Virus record (IMG/VR): IMGVR_UViG_3300027708_000053
Source: an uncultured virus (IMG/VR IMGVR_UViG_3300027708_000053)
Taxonomy: Duplodnaviria; Heunggongvirae; Uroviricota; Caudoviricetes
Direction: 5' to 3' (one strand)
DNA length: 64,000 nt
Position numbers and translations under genes: made by a program. Below the pieces are notes generated by a model, which did not search any database, was not told where the DNA came from, and saw only the letters and a list, made by a program, of their open reading frames with translations. Shown piece after piece: positions 27,056 to 35,960 of the stretch; within the stretch, counting starts at the first letter, position 1; every line of letters starts with the position of its first letter.

Positions 27056-27303
27056 TGGCTATTACAGATACCGAAACATTTCGTGCCCTCGTCTCTCAAG
27101 GTCCAACTGTTATTATGGTCGAAAAGACACATATGTTGGCCTTGTTAGACGAACGAGATGAACTACGTGAGGCTCTTACAGCACTATTCACTGTAACAGA
27201 CTGTGCACATCAAGTTGGCCATTTTGTTTCAAAAGGCCATATTACAGACACAGGTAATGCTCTCACTAGAGCCAAAAACATTTTGTTCAAAAATAACCCT
27301 TGA
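27055..27303 (+). CDS. Hypothetical protein
   Basis: MAITDTETF...; GGAGGA RBS. Confidence 0.68.
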   Translation: MAITDTETFRALVSQGPTVIMVEKTHMLALLDERDELREALTALFTVTDCAHQVGHFVSKGHITDTGNALTRAKNILFKNNP

Positions 27304-27356
27304 CTTTTTACTAAAACCATATATAATATCATTATAACCAACAAGGAGACTATATC

Positions 27357-27719
27357 ATGAAGATTATGCGTAACATGGCTGCTCAGGGTGACTTCATTAT
27401 CCTGCGTATTCAGAATATCCCCGAGGGTGTTGTTCCCGTTGCTCCTGAGAATGGCAAGGTAATTGTTGCTCACAGTGAAACTGGGCACAATCACGTGATG
27501 GAAGCAACTCGAGTCGAGGCATTCGAAATTCCTGCCGATAAGTCTAACTCTCAGAATGTTGACTTGTACAAGATGTTCCTTCTTGTCAAGGAAGACACTC
27601 GGATTGACCATCTTCGATCTTTCGATACTCACGAGGCTATTATGGTCCCACCCGGTACCTACGAGATTCGCCGTCAACGTGAATATACTGCCGAAGGTTT
27701 CCGTAAGGCTGCCGACTGA
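27357..27719 (+). CDS. Conserved partner of DUF6745-type proteins
   Basis: QGDFII, AHSETGHNH, HEAIMVPPGTYEIRRQREY; own promoter at 27300-27327. Confidence 0.75.
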   Translation: MKIMRNMAAQGDFIILRIQNIPEGVVPVAPENGKVIVAHSETGHNHVMEATRVEAFEIPADKSNSQNVDLYKMFLLVKEDTRIDHLRSFDTHEAIMVPPGTYEIRRQREYTAEGFRKAAD

Positions 27720-27779
27720 TCTTTGATCTTAGGTTTCATTTTTAGAAGCTTTCCACTTATATAATGTAAAGGTGATAAT

Positions 27780-28646
27780 GTGATTACTAGTTTGAATGAA
27801 GACCAACTGGCGCAAATTCCCGTCTATCGGGACCGCTGGTTGGAAATCGGTCTTCGTACTGAAGTTCTTGACTTTGCTGCAGCTAAGACTGCTCTTGCAA
27901 AGTGCTACACGTCTCGTGATCTTGAAGCACCTTCTAGTGTTTATTATGCTACTGGACCTATGGATGCCTATAAGATCTATAAGTCTGTAAAGCCTAACGG
28001 TACTTCTACTGAATTCATGAACTCTATGATCTATGGTGCTCATGATAGTTCTTGGTTGAGTTTCTATGCTTACTTCAAGGAAGTCTGCGGTCTGGATCTG
28101 GAGATTGTCCAACCGCTGATTGAATATGCGCAAGTTGCTTGCTGGACTTATGTCGACAAGGACTTTGCTATTATTCAAGAGTTCCCGATGTATATCCGAT
28201 TCGATGACCAGAACCGTCTGCATTGTGAGGATGGTCCCGCCATTGAATATCAGGACGGTACCATGGTGTTTGCCTGGCACGGTGTTCGTCTGAGCCGTGA
28301 TAAGTGGTTCTGGATCACCAATAAGCAAGAGTTGACCGCTAAGGCCGCTCTCAAGGAAGACAACCTGGAACTCCGTCGAGTTGCTTGTGAAATCCTTGGT
28401 TGGGTTCATATTCTAAAGGAATTGAAGTCCAAGGTTATTGACCAGGATGAGGATCCGCAGATTGGTACTCTTCTGCAGGTGAATATTCCTGATATTGGTA
28501 AAGAACAGTTCCTGCGTGTTGTTTGTGGTACTGGTCGTGAGTTTGCTATTCCTGTGCCGCCTACTGTCAAGACCGCGTTGGAAGCAAATGCCTGGACTTA
28601 TGGTGTTGACCCCGAGGTGCTTCGAGACTTGGAATTCCGTACTTAA
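27780..28646 (+). CDS. DUF6745-like protein
   Basis: YGAHDSSW, RLHCEDGPAIEYQDG..FAWHGV, NLELRR, CGTGREFAIPVPP, A-EANAWTY. Confidence 0.75.
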   Translation: MITSLNEDQLAQIPVYRDRWLEIGLRTEVLDFAAAKTALAKCYTSRDLEAPSSVYYATGPMDAYKIYKSVKPNGTSTEFMNSMIYGAHDSSWLSFYAYFKEVCGLDLEIVQPLIEYAQVACWTYVDKDFAIIQEFPMYIRFDDQNRLHCEDGPAIEYQDGTMVFAWHGVRLSRDKWFWITNKQELTAKAALKEDNLELRRVACEILGWVHILKELKSKVIDQDEDPQIGTLLQVNIPDIGKEQFLRVVCGTGREFAIPVPPTVKTALEANAWTYGVDPEVLRDLEFRT

Positions 28647-28672
28647 TTTTTAAAACATATTTGGTTTAACTC

Positions 28673-28706
28673 GGAGGGTGGTATTAAGTTATCACCCTCT
28701 TTTTTT
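28673..28706 (+). terminator. Intrinsic terminator
   Basis: GGAGGGTGGT...ATCACCCTCT followed by a T-run. Confidence 0.8.
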
Positions 28707-28719
28707 GTGCATTTTTTTG

Positions 28720-28748
28720 TTGACAGTGATATATGATTGTGTTATAAT
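28720..28748 (+). promoter_or_regulatory. Early promoter of the second EDL array
   Basis: TTGACA-17-TATAAT. Confidence 0.78.
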
Positions 28749-28783
28749 CAGTAATGACATAATATGGATAATATAAAAGGAAT

Positions 28784-28975
28784 ATGAAAATGTATAGTCA
28801 AACCATAACTCAAATAATGGATGATGTTGAGGATACTATTAGGATAAAGGTTAGGAAATATGTAGTATATCATAACTTTATGGAAGTTTTTGAACTTAAA
28901 CATATTGGTCAGATACTTGATTGTGAATTTCATATTAGAGAACAATTTGTGGAAGATGCAGAAAATGAAAGTTAA
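28784..28975 (+). CDS. EDL-family mini-protein 10
   Basis: Ends EQFVEDAENES. Confidence 0.68.
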   Translation: MKMYSQTITQIMDDVEDTIRIKVRKYVVYHNFMEVFELKHIGQILDCEFHIREQFVEDAENES

Positions 28976-29129
28976 AGATATTATCTTTCCACCATCGATA
29001 TGGAATATTGGAATTCCTGCTCATAATCTAATTAAATGCGATGTCTATGATCATAACCAAGTATTATATGATATTATGTTGTATGTTCCACATATTCATG
29101 AACAACTTAGAGACGATTTAGATGATTAG
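28965..29129 (+). CDS. EDL-family mini-protein 11
   Basis: Ends EQLRDDLDD. Confidence 0.68.
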   Translation: MKVKDIIFPPSIWNIGIPAHNLIKCDVYDHNQVLYDIMLYVPHIHEQLRDDLDD

Positions 29130-29310
29130 TTTATGCGCTTACCGTGTTTATTCGAGAAAAGAATGTGAATTTAAAACCAATAAAGAAGTAAAATATCTTA
29201 TTTCAGAAAAAGTAAGAAATGGACTACTCGATGTAGAAGTATTTTCAAAAGTGAGAGTTGCGGCATGGGTGGAAGTTACTCATCAACTCAGAGACGATCT
29301 TGAAGATTAA
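29122..29310 (+). CDS. EDL-family mini-protein 12
   Basis: Ends HQLRDDLED. Confidence 0.68.
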   Translation: MISLCAYRVYSRKECEFKTNKEVKYLISEKVRNGLLDVEVFSKVRVAAWVEVTHQLRDDLED

Positions 29311-29351
29311 AAAATGTTAACAAAAAAGTTTTGAAAACCGCAAAATTTTGG

Positions 29352-29380
29352 TTGACATTACCCCCAAAGTTTGTTATAAT
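29352..29380 (+). promoter_or_regulatory. Early promoter
   Basis: TTGACA-17-TATAAT. Confidence 0.8.
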
Positions 29381-29427
29381 AACTTTATTAACAGGGCATA
29401 TCGCCCATCATATGAAAGGTTTATATA

Positions 29428-30381
29428 ATGGCTCATAATATCGAAATGGTTGACGGTAAGGCTCAGATGGCATATGCCGGTGATGTGCCTTGGCACGGTC
29501 TGGGTACTCGGGTACCCGGCGATCTTACCCCCGAACAGATGCTCGATGCAGCTGGTCTGAATTGGGAGGTCAATAAGGTCCCTGCCTTTGCTAAGGTTGC
29601 CGGCAAGAATGTTAATGTCGGTTGGTCTGCTCTGGTTCGCTCTAGCGATAGCAAGATCGTTGATGTGGTTTCGGATGACTGGAATCCGGTGCAGAACTCT
29701 GAGGCTTTCGAGTTCTTTAACGACTTCATTGCTGAGGGTGACATGGAAATGCACACCGCTGGTAGTCTCTGTGACGGCAAGATTGTCTGGGCTCTGGCTA
29801 AGGTGAAGGATTCATTCGAGTTATTTGGTGGTGATAAGGTTGACTCTTACCTGCACTTCACCAACTTCCATAAGTATGGCTGCAGCACCGATGTTCGGTT
29901 CACTCCGATCCGTGTGGTGTGTAACAACACTTTGACTTTGTCGCTCAATACCAAGGTCGAGCGTATGGTCAAGATCAGCCACCGTCGTGAGTTTAACGGT
30001 GACCAGACTAAGTTGATGCTCGGTGTTGCAGCCGAAAAGCTTGCCCAGTACAAGGAAATGGCTCAGTTCCTCGGTTCTAAGCGCTACAGTGATGAAAACG
30101 TGGTTGAGTACTTCAAGCGTGTGTTTCCTGCCTCGGAAAATGCCAAGCGCTCTGAAATCACCAAGAATGCTCGGACCGCTCTTGGTATTCTTGAGACTCA
30201 GCCTGGTGCCGAATATGCTGCTGGATCCTGGTGGCAGGCGTTTAATGCCACTACCTATATGACCGATCACCTCATCGGTCGCTCTACCGATACCCGGATG
30301 ACTTCAGCCTGGTATGGTTCAAACAAGAACCTCAAGGTTCGTGCTCTTGAGACCGCTATCGAAATGGCGGAAGCGGCCTAA
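29428..30381 (+). CDS. DUF932 (TIGR03299-like) phage/plasmid protein
   Basis: PWHGLG, AGLNWEV, VQNSEAF, TAGSL, TPIRVVCNNTL, W-AFNA-T. Confidence 0.9.
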   Translation: MAHNIEMVDGKAQMAYAGDVPWHGLGTRVPGDLTPEQMLDAAGLNWEVNKVPAFAKVAGKNVNVGWSALVRSSDSKIVDVVSDDWNPVQNSEAFEFFNDFIAEGDMEMHTAGSLCDGKIVWALAKVKDSFELFGGDKVDSYLHFTNFHKYGCSTDVRFTPIRVVCNNTLTLSLNTKVERMVKISHRREFNGDQTKLMLGVAAEKLAQYKEMAQFLGSKRYSDENVVEYFKRVFPASENAKRSEITKNARTALGILETQPGAEYAAGSWWQAFNATTYMTDHLIGRSTDTRMTSAWYGSNKNLKVRALETAIEMAEAA

Positions 30382-30388
30382 ATCAACT

Positions 30389-30413
30389 GGGGAGGGGAAA
30401 CCCCCCCTCTTTT
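30389..30413 (+). terminator. Intrinsic terminator
   Basis: GGGGAGGGG-AAA-CCCCCCCTC followed by TTTT. Confidence 0.75.
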
Positions 30414-30426
30414 GGAGGTTTATTAT

Positions 30427-30720
30427 ATGAAAGTTTCTCGTACTGATCTTGATGACATTTGGGAGAATAGACCTTATGGATTCATGAAGGAATATATCAA
30501 GCGTCACAAGAAGAACAAGAATAATAAGAAGTTCCTTGTTACAACAATTATGAAGAAGACAACCGTTGTGGATAAGATTGAACAGGAAGTTTGGGCTCTT
30601 ACTAATATAAGTGCACAAAGTCTTGCTCATGATCAAAATATTACTGCCCTTCGGAATAAGCATAATGCTGATCGTTGGGATAATACTATTTCATATAGCA
30701 CTGTATCAAAGGAGGTTTGA
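30427..30720 (+). CDS. Hypothetical protein
   Basis: GGAGGT RBS. Confidence 0.7.
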   Translation: MKVSRTDLDDIWENRPYGFMKEYIKRHKKNKNNKKFLVTTIMKKTTVVDKIEQEVWALTNISAQSLAHDQNITALRNKHNADRWDNTISYSTVSKEV

Positions 30721-31052
30721 TGAAGCTTATTTTCTGTGAAAAGTGTCATGATCTAGTGACACTCAGAAAAAACGCGGATAGGACTTGTGAATGTGGCGTG
30801 TCCGGTGGTAGGTATGTTGATGATTTGAATGCTGAAATTTGGGGACCTTGTATCAAGATCGGTTTTGCCAACCATTCATTCACCGCTGCTATCATTGCTC
30901 AGAGATTGAGTGGTGATTCAACTGAGAAGATGGCATATGGAATGGGATATGTTACCAAAGGTCGTGACTTCGAAGCGTTTATCATCCCCGAGAGCGCTAA
31001 GAGCATGAAGAGGGTTGATAAAAAAGTGATTGACAACTCTCATAGTTTATGA
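30720..31052 (+). CDS. Hypothetical protein with CxxC...CxCG (putative Zn-binding)
   Basis: CEKCHD...CECG; AGGAGG RBS. Confidence 0.72.
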   Translation: MKLIFCEKCHDLVTLRKNADRTCECGVSGGRYVDDLNAEIWGPCIKIGFANHSFTAAIIAQRLSGDSTEKMAYGMGYVTKGRDFEAFIIPESAKSMKRVDKKVIDNSHSL

Positions 31053-31079
31053 TATTATAACTTATAAATCGAAAAGGAT

Positions 31080-32204
31080 ATGCCGATGGCCCGGTTGACT
31101 AAACCCAAACCTAAAAAGAATGAACGTGTAGGTAAAACTGCACAATACATTGCTGATTTAAAGTTCATGGGTGAAGAACCGGTAGTCAAGGGTATTGTTG
31201 AACTTGACGATATGACTATAACGAAGATCTTTGGTTGGTATAATTACATGTGTACCAGATCAGATGCTCGTCAGTATCTTCAAGATTTTTTTAAAATTCA
31301 AGGTGAGGATACTAATCTGGAAATGTTGGCAACAGTGCCAGACATTTGGATTAGTGTTACGGCTGCTTGGTATGCACGTATTCTGAATCGTGGTGGTATT
31401 CTTGAAATGCCTCATGTAAAAAAGTTTAGGTTTAGGTTGACGGAGATGTTTTCCAAGTCGACTTTGAATAAAGCATTAGAAGTTTCTGATGAACCAGTCT
31501 CCGAAGAAGTGACTGTTAAAGTTCGTAAACCAAGTGCCAAGATATCTGACTTTATCGGTGAGTTTGAGGAAGCCATAGATAAGTCAGGTTGGACATTATC
31601 CATGTATGAATGGCTGCAGAATAAACAGATTCCCTCGAACCAAGCAAAGATTGTTCAGGAATTTTACGCACCAATCGCCGAAGAGGCTAATCTGTCTCTC
31701 ACCAGCACTAATGTCAAAGAAGGGTATAACCATTACACCAGTGCCGAGTTGAAGAAGAGAGCGGCATTTTACTCGAGTATTGTGGCTGACTGTCAGCGCC
31801 ATGGTGCAAATAAGAAACAAATCGTCCGTAAGAAGAAAGTAATTTCATCCGATAAGAAACTCAAGGATCTAAAGTTCCAAACTGAAAGTAAGGACTTTAA
31901 GGTGGTATCCATCAATCCCGAAAAGATCTTAGGCTCTGGTGAATTACTTACATTTAATACTAAGTACAAGACACTCACACAGTTCATTGCTTCAACCGAG
32001 TCAGGTCTGGATGTCAAAGGAACTACTATCTTAAACTATGATGAAGAAAAAAGTAAAACTTATAAACTCGGCAGAAATGTAGAGGTAAATATTGAAATGG
32101 TCTTCCGCAGTGGTCGTAGGGCATTTCTTAAGAATTTGGAAAAGTTAAAAACAGCAACATTGCAACATCGCATTAACGAAAATACCATCCTTTTGAAAGC
32201 ATAA
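31080..32204 (+). CDS. Conserved T4-like phage hypothetical protein
   Basis: WYNY, SINPEKILG, FNTKYK, RINENTILLK; promoter at 31030-31058. Confidence 0.75.
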   Translation: MPMARLTKPKPKKNERVGKTAQYIADLKFMGEEPVVKGIVELDDMTITKIFGWYNYMCTRSDARQYLQDFFKIQGEDTNLEMLATVPDIWISVTAAWYARILNRGGILEMPHVKKFRFRLTEMFSKSTLNKALEVSDEPVSEEVTVKVRKPSAKISDFIGEFEEAIDKSGWTLSMYEWLQNKQIPSNQAKIVQEFYAPIAEEANLSLTSTNVKEGYNHYTSAELKKRAAFYSSIVADCQRHGANKKQIVRKKKVISSDKKLKDLKFQTESKDFKVVSINPEKILGSGELLTFNTKYKTLTQFIASTESGLDVKGTTILNYDEEKSKTYKLGRNVEVNIEMVFRSGRRAFLKNLEKLKTATLQHRINENTILLKA

Positions 32205-32208
32205 GATT

Positions 32209-32496
32209 ATGGCAAAACAAAACAAAACCAACAACTTTGACTATGTTATTATTGATGGTGAACGAGTACAAGTCCCAGGGTATCGCTATAATAAGAAAGG
32301 CGAGAAGGATGGTCTAGAACCTTCTTATGGTTATTATAAGAGAGTTAAGACACCCTGGGGTGCTATGGAAAAATGCTTCATTGTAACTGTTCCAAGTCTT
32401 GCTGGTGGTAAAGATTCTTATGCTAGTGTCTTTAAGCCAGTCAGTAATCCTGGAGTTCGTTGGTCGGTATTTCAGTTGCAGGAATCTTATAATTAA
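32209..32496 (+). CDS. Hypothetical protein
   Basis: 95-aa ORF. Confidence 0.65.
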   Translation: MAKQNKTNNFDYVIIDGERVQVPGYRYNKKGEKDGLEPSYGYYKRVKTPWGAMEKCFIVTVPSLAGGKDSYASVFKPVSNPGVRWSVFQLQESYN

Positions 32497-32499
32497 TGG

Positions 32500-32528
32500 T
32501 TGACAGCCATTCAAAAGTATGATATAAT
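32500..32528 (+). promoter_or_regulatory. Promoter for the tRNA pair
   Basis: TTGACA-17-TATAAT ending ~10 nt before the first tRNA. Confidence 0.8.
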
Positions 32529-32537
32529 AACTATATT

Positions 32538-32613
32538 GGTTCCGTGGTCTAAGGGATAAGGCATCGGCCTTCTAAGCCGTACGATAGGGGTTCGAATCCT
32601 CTCGGGACCGCCA
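32538..32613 (+). tRNA. tRNA-Arg(TCT)
   Basis: Acceptor GGTTCCG/CGGGACC, anticodon loop CTTCTAA, TTCGAAT T-loop, encoded CCA. Confidence 0.93.
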
Positions 32614-32619
32614 ATATTT

Positions 32620-32697
32620 GGACCTGTAGCTCAGTTGGTTAGTAGCGGACCGCTCATAACGGTTTGGTCGTAGGTTCGAGTCCTACCGGGTCCACCA
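32620..32697 (+). tRNA. tRNA with CAT anticodon (probably Ile2/lysidine type, alternatively elongator Met)
   Basis: Acceptor GGACCTG/CGGGTCC, loop CTCATAA, GTTCGAG, encoded CCA; no initiator features. Confidence 0.9.
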
Positions 32698-32712
32698 TTT
32701 CAAAGGTGATAT

Positions 32713-33123
32713 ATGTTCGAAAAGATTGACTATGATGAATTAGTCTCAAAATATGATTATCAAACCAGGCTAGATATTGCTGCATGGGTTATCAGCAAGA
32801 TTGATGAACACGGAAGAGATCCTGGATCATTCCGATATTTGATTTATGATCGTCTTGGCTTTGATCTTGATGCATACGTACCGCTATATTCAGCAGGTGG
32901 TATGAATATCTCAAATGAGTTGGATTATTCATATCGTGAAAATCTTGCCGATGTTGTCAAAGAACAAAAGATTGATAACAAAGAACTCAAGTCTGCTCTT
33001 TTGATCTGTGACGAACCTGGCTGTTATAATTATGCAAGTTGCGGTTTCCCTACAGATGATGATGGTTATCGTAGAACCTGCCATGATCACAGTGATTTTA
33101 AAACAAATAAGTCGGAGACATAA
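32713..33123 (+). CDS. Hypothetical protein with C-terminal Cys/His cluster
   Basis: GSFRYLIYDRLGF; CDEPGC...C...CHDH. Confidence 0.75.
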   Translation: MFEKIDYDELVSKYDYQTRLDIAAWVISKIDEHGRDPGSFRYLIYDRLGFDLDAYVPLYSAGGMNISNELDYSYRENLADVVKEQKIDNKELKSALLICDEPGCYNYASCGFPTDDDGYRRTCHDHSDFKTNKSET

Positions 33124-33125
33124 AA

Positions 33126-33305
33126 TTGCTTACCACAATTCTTTTTATTACTTTTCTTTTTAATGGAGAAGTTAGAAATATTCATTTGGCTTCAACCACT
33201 CCCAGTCAATGTATTGGTGATGCTGTATCAGCATTGACGGTTTTGGATAATGTAGGTGCTACAGTCATTAGTGCTTTTTGTGCTTTTGAAGGAGAATTTG
33301 AATGA
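33126..33305 (+). CDS. Small protein with hydrophobic N-terminus (59 aa, TTG start)
   Basis: GGAG RBS; MLTTILFITFLFNG...C...C; ATGA overlap with the next gene. Confidence 0.55.
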   Translation: MLTTILFITFLFNGEVRNIHLASTTPSQCIGDAVSALTVLDNVGATVISAFCAFEGEFE

Positions 33306-33937
33306 AGATCTATTTTGGGCCCTACAAGAACTTTATTGGTCCATATCAGATTGCTGAAGGTATTCTTTTTTGGAAAGATAAGAATTCTGATATAGTGGAA
33401 AAACTTGGCGACTGGTTGGCAACGAATAAGGATGGTACTGATTCAGCTCTTTATCGTTTCTGTCGTTGGGTAGATACCTTTAAGGAACGCAAGCTGAATA
33501 TCCACATTGATGATTACGATGTCTGGTCGATGGATCACACACTAGCAATGATTATTGTTCCTATGCTCAGAGAACTCAGTAAAAATAAGTATGGCGCGCC
33601 TTTCATTGATGATGAGGATGTTCCTTTGGAACTTCAGACCATTTCTGCTCCTGTTTTGTCTGAAGATCAAAAGAACTCAGGTGACACAGACGAAAATTGG
33701 TTTCCTCGTTGGGAATGGGTTCTCGGTGAAATGATCTGGGCATTTGAACAGCATATGTCAAATTGGGAAGAGCAGTATTACAGTGGTGAGTCTGATCTTA
33801 TTTTTGAAGATGGTGTTATGAAGAAGGGCCCTAAGGATACTTTTACGGTTGATGAAAAGGGTGTTGCAGCACATCGTGAAAGAATGAAGAACGGTCGCCG
33901 TCTTTTTGCTAAGTATTACGAGGCACTTTGGGACTGA
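33302..33937 (+). CDS. Conserved phage hypothetical protein
   Basis: DVWSMDHTLA, WEWVLGEMIWAF, LFAKYYEALWD. Confidence 0.8.
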   Translation: MKIYFGPYKNFIGPYQIAEGILFWKDKNSDIVEKLGDWLATNKDGTDSALYRFCRWVDTFKERKLNIHIDDYDVWSMDHTLAMIIVPMLRELSKNKYGAPFIDDEDVPLELQTISAPVLSEDQKNSGDTDENWFPRWEWVLGEMIWAFEQHMSNWEEQYYSGESDLIFEDGVMKKGPKDTFTVDEKGVAAHRERMKNGRRLFAKYYEALWD

Positions 33938-34152
33938 TGGCAAAAGAAATTCCAAAGCGCAATAGACTTGGTGGTCTAGCATATCTGTTATTCAGTTTGC
34001 TTTTTGTAGGTGCAATTTATAATACAGCATATCCTTATCTTGCTGGTTATATGTACATGTTTTTTATATGGATATGGTGCTACTATGCATTTGTTCATTT
34101 TTTAGGAAAAGCATTAATTAAATTTTTTCCGGAGTTACTATCTAATGATTAA
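33937..34152 (+). CDS. Small two-TM membrane protein
   Basis: Two hydrophobic stretches. Confidence 0.6.
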   Translation: MAKEIPKRNRLGGLAYLLFSLLFVGAIYNTAYPYLAGYMYMFFIWIWCYYAFVHFLGKALIKFFPELLSND

Positions 34153-34363
34153 GAATGTTAATTTCTCAACCGATATTCGTCAATTATGTGAAGAGAAAGG
34201 AATGGAATTTATTGATGCTGTAATTCATTGGTGTGATGTAAATAGTCTCGAACCAGAATATGCAGCATCACTGATCAAGAAAGATCCTACAATTCTTTCT
34301 AATATCACGTGTGAAGCCGAAAATCTGAATATCCTCAAGAAGACTGCACGACTACCTATATGA
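34145..34363 (+). CDS. 33: Late transcription coactivator gp33
   Basis: FIDAVIHWC, EAENLNILK, LPI; synteny 33-59-32. Confidence 0.88.
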   Translation: MIKNVNFSTDIRQLCEEKGMEFIDAVIHWCDVNSLEPEYAASLIKKDPTILSNITCEAENLNILKKTARLPI

Positions 34364-34938
34364 CATCATTTGAGGTGTATAAAGATTATCTTGCTTTAAA
34401 AAATCATTTTAATTTACTTGGGTATAACTACTTTAGATATAACAGCAAAATAACTGCAAATTTAGAATCTTTTAATAAGCGTAAAGATAAATTTCTTTTT
34501 GAAAAAGTTGCAAAGCATAGAGACGCACATAATCTTATGCTTGCTAATTTTATACAAAATCCTAAATGTTTTATCCGTGAAATAGCTTATGATGAATCAG
34601 CTGAACAAATATATCTTGACTGGTTGAAACGAAGTCAATCATTGACTTATATGATTGCTGGTGACCTTAAGAAACTAAATAAAACATTCAATGAAAATTT
34701 TATAGTAAGAGATAACCAACACCCAATACTAATTAAGCTTTTCTGTAGTGATTCCATATCACCAGAAACTTTATGTGTATTGGTGGATATTTCCAGATGT
34801 TTAAAGCACTGGGATAAAGAACTTAATGATGATGTTGTATGGAATGAGATTAAACTTCTTATCAAGAAATATATACCATTCATTAAGTATGATAGAGAGA
34901 AAATCAAAAAACTATTGGTTGACTTTTTCTCTGTCTAG
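34360..34938 (+). CDS. 59: Helicase loader gp59
   Basis: YLALKNHF...YNYFRY, KRKDKFLFEK, HPILIK, ISPETL. Confidence 0.9.
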   Translation: MTSFEVYKDYLALKNHFNLLGYNYFRYNSKITANLESFNKRKDKFLFEKVAKHRDAHNLMLANFIQNPKCFIREIAYDESAEQIYLDWLKRSQSLTYMIAGDLKKLNKTFNENFIVRDNQHPILIKLFCSDSISPETLCVLVDISRCLKHWDKELNDDVVWNEIKLLIKKYIPFIKYDREKIKKLLVDFFSV

Positions 34939-34952
34939 TGATATTATAAATA
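34919..34952 (+). promoter_or_regulatory. Overlapping early (TTGACT-17-TATTAT) and late (TATAAATA) promoters of gene 32
   Basis: TTGACT 34919; TATAAATA 34945-34952. Confidence 0.7.
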
Positions 34953-35021
34953 GTTATGAGGGTTTACTCTCATATACAAATATACGATCATACAAATATA
35001 CAAAACATACGGAGACTATAC

Positions 35022-35957
35022 ATGGACTTTTCACAACTTAAGCGCAATTCTGGTAAGAACTCACTTGAAAAGCTTACCGCAGAACTTGCCAAACTCAATA
35101 CACAAGGTGAATCCAGCAAGGGCGATGACCGCTTCTGGTATCCTAATGTAGACAAGGCCGGTAATGGCTTTGCAGTCATTCGATTCCTCCCAGCTCCCAG
35201 TGATGAAGATGTTCCTTTCATTCGCATGTTCGAGCATGGTTTCAAGGGCCCTACCGGTCTTTGGTATATCGAAAACTCTCTTACAACTATTGGTAAGACC
35301 GACCCAGTTGGTGAATTGAATTCCAAGCTTTGGAATATTTCCGAGGATGATAATTCACCTACTCGTAAACAGGCACGCGCTCAAAAGCGTAAGTTGACTT
35401 TTATCAGCAATATCTATATCATTCAAGACCAGGCCAATCCTGAAAATAACGGTAAGGTTAAGCTGTTCAAGTTTGGCAAGAAGATTTATGATAAGCTCAA
35501 CGAAGCTATGAATCCTCAGTTTGCGGATGAAGAGCCTATGAATCCTTTTGATCCATGGTCTGGTGCTAATTTCAAGCTTAAGATTCGTAATGTTGAGGGT
35601 TACCGCAACTACGATAAGTCTGAATTTGCCTCTGCTGCTCCTCTTTTTGAAAATGACAATCAAATTGAGGCTATTTGGAAGCAGGAACATTCACTACAGG
35701 CATTCCTTTCTCCATCTAACTTTAAGACCTATGATGAACTTAAGGCTAAGTTGAACAAGGTTCTTAATCTTGATGAAAGTACCCCTGCTGGTTCTCGCCA
35801 GGCTGCAGCCAATCGGAAGCAGAATGATGAGGATGAACTTCCTTGGAAGGAATCGGCGCCTCAACGTGAGGCGCCTGCGCGCTCTGCACCATCCACTAAT
35901 ACAGATGATGATGACGATGGTGAAGATTTAGAATTCTTTAAGCGACTTGCAAGTTAA
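35022..35957 (+). CDS. 32: Single-stranded DNA-binding protein gp32
   Basis: DDRFW, GNGFAVIRFLP, WYIENSLTT, GANFKLK, acidic tail. Confidence 0.97.
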   Translation: MDFSQLKRNSGKNSLEKLTAELAKLNTQGESSKGDDRFWYPNVDKAGNGFAVIRFLPAPSDEDVPFIRMFEHGFKGPTGLWYIENSLTTIGKTDPVGELNSKLWNISEDDNSPTRKQARAQKRKLTFISNIYIIQDQANPENNGKVKLFKFGKKIYDKLNEAMNPQFADEEPMNPFDPWSGANFKLKIRNVEGYRNYDKSEFASAAPLFENDNQIEAIWKQEHSLQAFLSPSNFKTYDELKAKLNKVLNLDESTPAGSRQAAANRKQNDEDELPWKESAPQREAPARSAPSTNTDDDDDGEDLEFFKRLAS

Positions 35958-35960
35958 TAC

